From positions 62,001 through 126,000 of the forward strand of contig NIVC01001267.1 in NCBI GenBank assembly GCA_002269645.1: a DNA stretch of 64,000 bases. The letters are read 5' to 3'. This stretch comes from Macrostomum lignano (lineage: Eukaryota). The position numbers and the translations under genes are program-made. Each line of letters opens with the position of its first letter. The first letter of the stretch is position 1. Shown here piece by piece: positions 63,421 to 64,000 of the stretch. The notes under the pieces are model-generated. The model made no database searches and was not told the origin of the DNA. It saw only the letters and a program-made list of their open reading frames with translations.

Positions 63421-64000
63421 GCTTCTCTACAGCAATTGAGTTGCAGGCCTTGCAGCTAGCTACTTTGAGATCATCAAACGAAACTCACTTTTCTGGACTC
63501 AGTGTCGACGGATTTGCGAGCAGACTGATGATTTTCACCAGGCGATGCGGCTTCTTCGATTTCGCAGTGGCTTTTTGCGACGGTGTTTTTTTAGTTTTTA
63601 TTTTAGGCTTGGCGTCCTTTTTTGCGGGTCATCATATTTTGGTTGTAGATTACAGTTTTTGGCACAATAAATTTATATATGGATGAAACTTGGAGTAAGG
63701 ATTAACATTAGACCTATTAAGTATAAAAAACCGTTCTAATCTATACAATTGCAATCCTTTAGAGTTGTATAGTATGGATTATAAGTACTTTCTTTTAAAC
63801 TGTCTGTGTCTGGTCTCACTACGCCATGGTTTACGTGGACCACCCGCTTAGACATTATATATCCCTCTCTCCACTGTCTTACCTTCAGAACGCTTGCGGG
63901 TTTCCTATTGGCTGCGGTCGGTCCCATTGTTGGGGTGGATCTATCCTCCTAAGTGTTAACCAGCCAATTATAGAAAGGGAGGTCTGTCTGTCTGTCTGTT

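Noticed and set aside
63480-63690. Lys-rich minus-strand first exon with GTGAGT donor
   Set aside because: No single open frame from an ATG to the donor without assuming frameshifts.

Overview
Eukaryotic (animal) genomic DNA; no prokaryotic features or CRISPR. The style (poly-Ala/Gln exons, introns filled with minisatellites) resembles the flatworm Macrostomum lignano, which is an inference. Contents: (1) the last four exons of a ~12-finger C2H2 zinc-finger gene (1401-6301, +); (2) a nest of DNA transposons, most with ends defined by TIR plus TSD. An 18.6-kb hAT element (16954-35534, 8-bp TSD) contains a 12-kb CACTA/EnSpm element (22728-34768, 3-bp TSD) with four co-oriented ORFs: transposase, an unknown protein, a CtIP/Sae2-like protein and a BEN-domain protein; (3) a Mutator-like foldback MITE (39060-42136, 9-bp TSD) interrupted by a 2.4-kb endogenous sobemo-like RNA-virus fragment with a serine protease, a VPg-like region, a UUUAAAC + hairpin frameshift signal and a probable genomic 5' end; (4) an intact mariner, a deleted Tc1 and several MITEs; (5) a candidate minus-strand spliced gene and many satellites, including a 236/238-bp array with higher-order structure. 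The best leads are the transposon-borne mini-CtIP and the RNA-virus insertion. All homology calls are by eye from motifs; no searches were run.
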